Assembly (NCBI GenBank): GCA_964478905.1
Contig: CAYZJZ010000001.1
Location: forward strand, 8,860 to 47,390
Length of the DNA stretch: 38,531 bases
Direction: 5' to 3'
Source of the DNA: an uncultured Eubacteriales bacterium
Lineage (GTDB): Bacteria; Bacillota; Clostridia; TANB77; RGIG9151
Below, piece by piece: positions 34,995 to 38,531 of the stretch. Within the stretch, counting starts at the first letter, position 1; the number at the start of each line of letters is the position of its first letter. Below the pieces are notes generated by a model. It saw only the letters and a list, made by a program, of their open reading frames with translations, did not search any database and had not been told where the DNA came from. Both the position numbers and the translations under genes were made by a program.

Positions 34995-35126
34995 GCTATG
35001 TTGACCTTCGGTCAACAACATCAAAGAAATCTTTTTTGTTTTCTGTCAGTTGTTCGAGCTAATAATTAAGTTGCAGATTAAGATTATTTATTCCTAGCTC
35101 GAACTTTCCTAGAAAATAATTTGTGG
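34995..35126. repeat. Intergenic repeat element, copy B (partner at 15046-15200)
   Basis: Same two conserved blocks as copy A. It contains a perfect 10-bp hairpin, gttcgagcta (35052-35061) / tagctcgaac (35095-35104), and a 7-bp hairpin, gttgacc/ggtcaac (35000-35016). Confidence 0.7.
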
Positions 35127-35138
35127 AGTTTCAAAACA

Positions 35139-35167
35139 TTGACAGGTTACGATTCTTTAAATATAAT
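35139..35167 (+). promoter_or_regulatory. Consensus sigma-A promoter upstream of the DUF234-family gene
   Basis: TTGACA (35139-35144), an exact 17-nt spacer, then TATAAT (35162-35167), about 35 nt before the ATG. RBS is AAGGAG. Confidence 0.65.
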
Positions 35168-35201
35168 ATACTTAAAAGTTTATAAATAAGGAGCGTAAAA
35201 A

Positions 35202-36569
35202 ATGTTTCAGAATGAGTTTGAAAAAGGAGATTTTTCTTTTATTTTTATAAAAGAAGAACCAGGCGAAAATACAATTGAAGATATTAAAAATTTTATTACA
35301 AATAAAAAGGCTTTTTTCTTTTCTGCCCTCGAATTTGGAAAGCAAAATAATATAAATAGGTTATATAAAGAAATGAATATGTTCTTTGAAATGAAGGATA
35401 CATCTAAGAAAGAGGTTACTTTAGAGGAAACTTGTGATTACATTGTAAGTAATGCAAAGAATAGAATGATTTGGATAATAGATGGAATAGAAGAAGTTAT
35501 TGATGATAATGATTTTTCAGAAATAGAAAAAATGTTAAAATCGTTAAAGAGTACGAATAATATGATTATTTTAATATCTCATAGTGCGTCTTTTGCTAAC
35601 AAATTTGAAAAGAGTAAGCTTACTAAGTATTTAATTAATAAAGAATTAAATAATAGAAAGAGTTTTTTTGCTTTACAACAAGAAGAAAATTTATCTGCTG
35701 AGGATAAATTTAAGTATTATGCTATTTTAGGAACTAAGAAAGAGTATATTGGTAAAGTTGATTATACCAAGAGTTTAAAAACTAACATTATAAATGGTTT
35801 TCTTAATAAAAACGGTTTTTTCTATTTTGAACCTAGGAAGATATTAAAAAAAGAACTTAGAGAAACTCAGATTTACAATATTATTTTAGAGGCTGTAGCT
35901 AAGGGTGCATCTACGTTAAACGATATTTCAGAATATGTTTGTATGCCGACTAGTATATGTAATAAATATATTACTGTTATGATTTCTCTTGGAATAATTG
36001 AAAAGATAAAGCCTGCTTTTGGAAAGGATACAAGAAAGAGCAGATATAAAATAAGTAATCCTGTGATGAATTTTTGGTATTATTTTGTACCGGATAATAT
36101 AAGTGATATATCGCTTAATAAAGGTGATAAAGTTTTTGAAGAAAAAATAGAGAAAAATATGGATTCTTATTTAGAAAATAAGTTCCCGGATTTGTGTAGA
36201 GATTATATTAATAAATTAAAAAATGAGGATAAGATAAAGATTGATATTAAAGAAAATAATGTTTGGTGGAATAAAGATGAAACCATAGATATTATTGCCG
36301 GTAGTGGACTGGAAGCTATTGTTGCTGATTGTTTTTGGAATAAAGAAAATGTTGGTGTAGAAGATTTTAATAATCTTGAAAAAAAAGCTAAAGATGTAGA
36401 TGTTATAGAGCGAGATTATTATTTATTTTCAAAAAACGGTTTTTCTAAAGAGTTATTAGAACTTGAAAAAGTAAGAGATGATTTAAAACTTATTTGTTTT
36501 TCAGATATGGTAAGTAATAGCTTTGTTAAACCTAAAAAGATTGGATTTTTCTTTTCAAAAAACAAATAA
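35202..36569 (+). CDS. DUF234-family (archaeal-type AAA ATPase plus DUF234) protein with degenerate Walker A/B
   Basis: 455 aa. The C-terminal part matches my memory of DUF234 proteins (NPVMNFWYYFVPDN..., IDIIAGSG...AIVADCFWNKENVG...YYLFSKNGFS). At the N-terminus, FSFIFIKEEPGENTIEDIKNFI occupies the place of the usual F.F..IYGRRR.GKT.LI..F. MIWIIDGIEEV occupies the place of the DE Walker B. Confidence 0.7.
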   Translation: MFQNEFEKGDFSFIFIKEEPGENTIEDIKNFITNKKAFFFSALEFGKQNNINRLYKEMNMFFEMKDTSKKEVTLEETCDYIVSNAKNRMIWIIDGIEEVIDDNDFSEIEKMLKSLKSTNNMIILISHSASFANKFEKSKLTKYLINKELNNRKSFFALQQEENLSAEDKFKYYAILGTKKEYIGKVDYTKSLKTNIINGFLNKNGFFYFEPRKILKKELRETQIYNIILEAVAKGASTLNDISEYVCMPTSICNKYITVMISLGIIEKIKPAFGKDTRKSRYKISNPVMNFWYYFVPDNISDISLNKGDKVFEEKIEKNMDSYLENKFPDLCRDYINKLKNEDKIKIDIKENNVWWNKDETIDIIAGSGLEAIVADCFWNKENVGVEDFNNLEKKAKDVDVIERDYYLFSKNGFSKELLELEKVRDDLKLICFSDMVSNSFVKPKKIGFFFSKNK

Positions 36570-36579
36570 AGATATTATG

Positions 36580-36608
36580 TTGTCTAAATGACAAAAAAAG
36601 AGTATAAT
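36580..36608 (+). promoter_or_regulatory. Candidate promoter for the surface-protein gene, embedded in the upstream terminator
   Basis: TTGTCT (36580-36585), a 17-nt spacer, then TATAAT (36603-36608). The -10 lies in the 5' arm of the terminator hairpin. Confidence 0.3.
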
Positions 36609-36633
36609 AGGAGTAATATTATACTCTTTTTTT
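36597..36633 (+). terminator. Intrinsic terminator after the DUF234-family gene
   Basis: Perfect 12-bp stem aaagagtataat / attatactcttt with a 9-nt loop and a T-run at 36627-36633. Confidence 0.85.
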
Positions 36634-36662
36634 GTCGATACATATACGGACGAGGTGGTATT

Positions 36663-38531
36663 GTGAAAAATAAGTTGTTTGTTATTTTTATATTTTTTAT
36701 TTGTTTGATGTTGGATTTTTCTTTTGCCGAGTGTCAACATGTTTTTGAGGTAGAGGAAATACAGTACGGACAGCATAATGTAAAGTGTACAAAATGTGGA
36801 TTTAATGAAATGCATAGCCCGGATAATAAATGGACATATGATGATTTGGGAGAAAATCATATTTTTAGATGTGATGTAAAGGGTTGCAAATATGAATATA
36901 CTGATAAGCATTTCGGCGGAAATCACGGAAATAATGGAAAATGTAGTATATGTGGAGCAATATACCAAACACATGGACTAGATGTTGAAAATATAAAAAC
37001 TGATGATGTATATCACTGGTATGAATGTTCATATAAAGATTGTGATTTTAGTTTTGAAAAAGAAGAACATTTAGAGACGATTTATGTTGAATCGGATTTG
37101 ACATATCATTGGTATAGATGTATTTTGACTGATTGCCCTTATAGATTTGAGAGTCAAAAACATTATGGTGGAAATAGTAACGAGGGATATTGTGAATATG
37201 AGCTTTGTAATAAACTATATGTTGCAAAGTTACAAATTAACGAATATGAATATGCTGAATATAAGGTAGGAGATAAAGATACTCTTATTGCAAAGTTTAT
37301 ACCGGAAGGTATAGAAATTCCGGAAAGTAAAGAAGGATATAAATGGAAATCAAGTATGCCGAACGTCGTAAAAATAGATAATAATGGAAACATAGAGGCA
37401 CTTAGAGAAGGTATATCTGTTATATCTGTTACATATGGAGAGTATAAAGCCAGTTGTGTAATTGTTGTTGGAGATTTAAGTTTTGAAGTAAAACCGACAG
37501 AATATATATTAGAGGTTAATGAACAAGCAGAAGGAGAAATTAATGTTACATACAAAGAAAAGAATAAAACGATAAATATAAATGAGTTTGTTGATTTTAG
37601 CGCTTTCAAATGGGATAAAGACATACTAAAAGTTAGCATAAAAAGAGGAAACGAAAATAAGATTTTATTTAAAGCAATAAATGTATCACAAAATCCTATT
37701 GAAATAAATATTTGGCTCAATAATAAGTTAGAGTGTATAAAGAATAAGATTGAAGAGACGCTTGAAAAAGATAGTATAAAGTATACGAAAGAAGAACTTG
37801 AATATTTAAAGCAAAAAATTGACAATAAAGATAAAGAATATTCAGAGACAGAACTTATTAAATTTGAAGAGAAGATAAAAAATGAAGAAGTTAATATCCA
37901 AGAAGAACTATATAGAATAAAGAAAGTTATTAAAATTACTATTTATATTAATATACCTGAACAAAGCCCTAATCCTACCGGCGATGTGGGTCCGTCTCCT
38001 AGTACAACTACAACTCCTAGTCCAAGTGGAAACACGAACCCCAATCCGAGTGGTGGAAGTACAGATCCAAACCCGAGCGGAAGTACAACAACTGAGCCAA
38101 GTCAAAAACCAAGTCAAGTCACTAGCCCAACTCCAAGCCAAAGTACGGTAATAGAGGGCCCAAGCCATTCACCGGAAGCGCCGTCTGATGAAGGGAGTGG
38201 AGCAGTTGTAAATAGAAGGCATGTTTGTAATGTGCAAGAATATTTTCCATATCCAGATGCTCCTGAATCCGGTCATTTAAAAAGATGCTATTATCCTGAA
38301 TGTGAGTATTATAAAGATGGAATCCCCGGAACAAAAGCTGAACATAGATATAAACATAATGAGGACAAAGACGTAGATATGTGTATAATTTGCTATTATG
38401 AAAAAGGTAGTGGTCAAACAGAACCTCAAAAAATACATTCAAGGGATTTCGGAATTGATATTTTACAGTCTCAATATTTTGTTATAAAAGATGAGATAAC
38501 TGAGATAGATATAATTATAACCGGTGTTGAA
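36663..38531 (+). CDS. Large secreted/surface protein (5' part only): signal peptide, Cys/His repeat modules, Big_2 Ig-like domain, coiled coil, Pro/Ser/Thr linker, further Cys/His module
   Basis: Not in the ORF track because it runs off the right edge. The frame is open from GTG 36663 (GAGGTGG upstream) to the window end, 623 codons. It begins VKNKLFVIFIFFICLMLDFSFA. A Big_2-like segment is present (KVGDKDTLIAKFIPEG...YKWKSSMPNVVKIDNNGNIEALREGISVISVTY). The PST-rich linker (PNPTGDVGPSPSTTTTPSPSGNTNPNPSGG...) spans about 37960-38200. Confidence 0.8.
   Translation, partial: MKNKLFVIFIFFICLMLDFSFAECQHVFEVEEIQYGQHNVKCTKCGFNEMHSPDNKWTYDDLGENHIFRCDVKGCKYEYTDKHFGGNHGNNGKCSICGAIYQTHGLDVENIKTDDVYHWYECSYKDCDFSFEKEEHLETIYVESDLTYHWYRCILTDCPYRFESQKHYGGNSNEGYCEYELCNKLYVAKLQINEYEYAEYKVGDKDTLIAKFIPEGIEIPESKEGYKWKSSMPNVVKIDNNGNIEALREGISVISVTYGEYKASCVIVVGDLSFEVKPTEYILEVNEQAEGEINVTYKEKNKTININEFVDFSAFKWDKDILKVSIKRGNENKILFKAINVSQNPIEINIWLNNKLECIKNKIEETLEKDSIKYTKEELEYLKQKIDNKDKEYSETELIKFEEKIKNEEVNIQEELYRIKKVIKITIYINIPEQSPNPTGDVGPSPSTTTTPSPSGNTNPNPSGGSTDPNPSGSTTTEPSQKPSQVTSPTPSQSTVIEGPSHSPEAPSDEGSGAVVNRRHVCNVQEYFPYPDAPESGHLKRCYYPECEYYKDGIPGTKAEHRYKHNEDKDVDMCIICYYEKGSGQTEPQKIHSRDFGIDILQSQYFVIKDEITEIDIIITGVE

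Noticed and set aside
34979-35016. Two short hairpins at the htrA stop codon (gtggact/agtccac and gttgacc/ggtcaac) as possible htrA terminators
   Set aside because: Neither is followed by a T-run, and the first has a 2-nt loop. The second is part of the repeat element, so I report it there and do not call it a terminator.
36555-38442. Four minus-strand track ORFs (36555-36974, 37163-37825, 37908-38168, 38122-38442)
   Set aside because: They lie antisense to a 623-codon uninterrupted plus-strand frame that has a signal peptide and recognisable domains. Their translations are low-complexity (Ser/Leu/Phe-rich, or Trp/Arg/Cys-rich over the GC-richer PST linker). They are shadow ORFs.
1-38531. 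Scan for CRISPR arrays, IS elements/transposases, integrases, prophage genes, restriction-modification, toxin-antitoxin pairs and rRNA genes
   Set aside because: I found no regularly spaced direct repeats. No ORF has transposase, integrase, recombinase, methyltransferase (other than rsmG) or phage hallmarks. There are no rRNA-like sequences. The only repeats seen are the parS and DnaA-box sites and the two-copy intergenic element.

Overview
This is a low-GC Firmicutes/Clostridia-type chromosomal segment centred on the replication origin. The left arm is mostly on the minus strand. It holds a tad/flp-type pilus operon (tadZ-cpaF-tadB-tadC-flp-cpaB) that runs into an SLH-domain wall protein. 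Next come two tRNA-Ser genes, tdk and an HD/dGTPase-like protein. After that is the classical origin-proximal block DUF4446-parB-parA-rsmG-mnmG-mnmE-jag-yidC-yidD-rnpA-rpmH, with five parS-type sites. A 6.7-kb block sits between rpmH and dnaA: comEA, a PBP5-type DD-carboxypeptidase, an orphan protein, spo0A, yigZ and pcrA. oriC is bipartite, with DnaA-box clusters on both sides of dnaA. The right arm is mostly on the plus strand. It holds dnaA-dnaN-recF, a minus-strand operon of three small unknown proteins and a hydC-hydB-hydA (bifurcating-type) [FeFe]-hydrogenase operon. These are followed by an 83-aa peptide gene with 19 cysteines, htrA and a DUF234-family ATPase homologue with degenerate Walker motifs. 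The window ends with the first 1.87 kb of a large secreted Cys/His-repeat plus Big_2 surface protein. Three genes are missing from the ORF track and were recovered by reading the sequence: rpmH, the full-length yigZ (apparent ATT start) and the two edge-truncated genes. I saw no CRISPR array, IS element, integrase or phage genes. I also see no unambiguous new multi-gene system. The best follow-up candidates are: (1) the Cys-rich peptide locus, (2) the secreted H-x3-C-x4-C-x8-H repeat protein, (3) a two-copy intergenic repeat with a conserved hairpin, (4) the three-small-ORF operon where gyrBA normally sits, (5) a TSCSPGW variant of the hydrogenase H-cluster motif, and (6) the ATT-initiated yigZ. 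All family assignments come from motif recognition by eye, not from searches.
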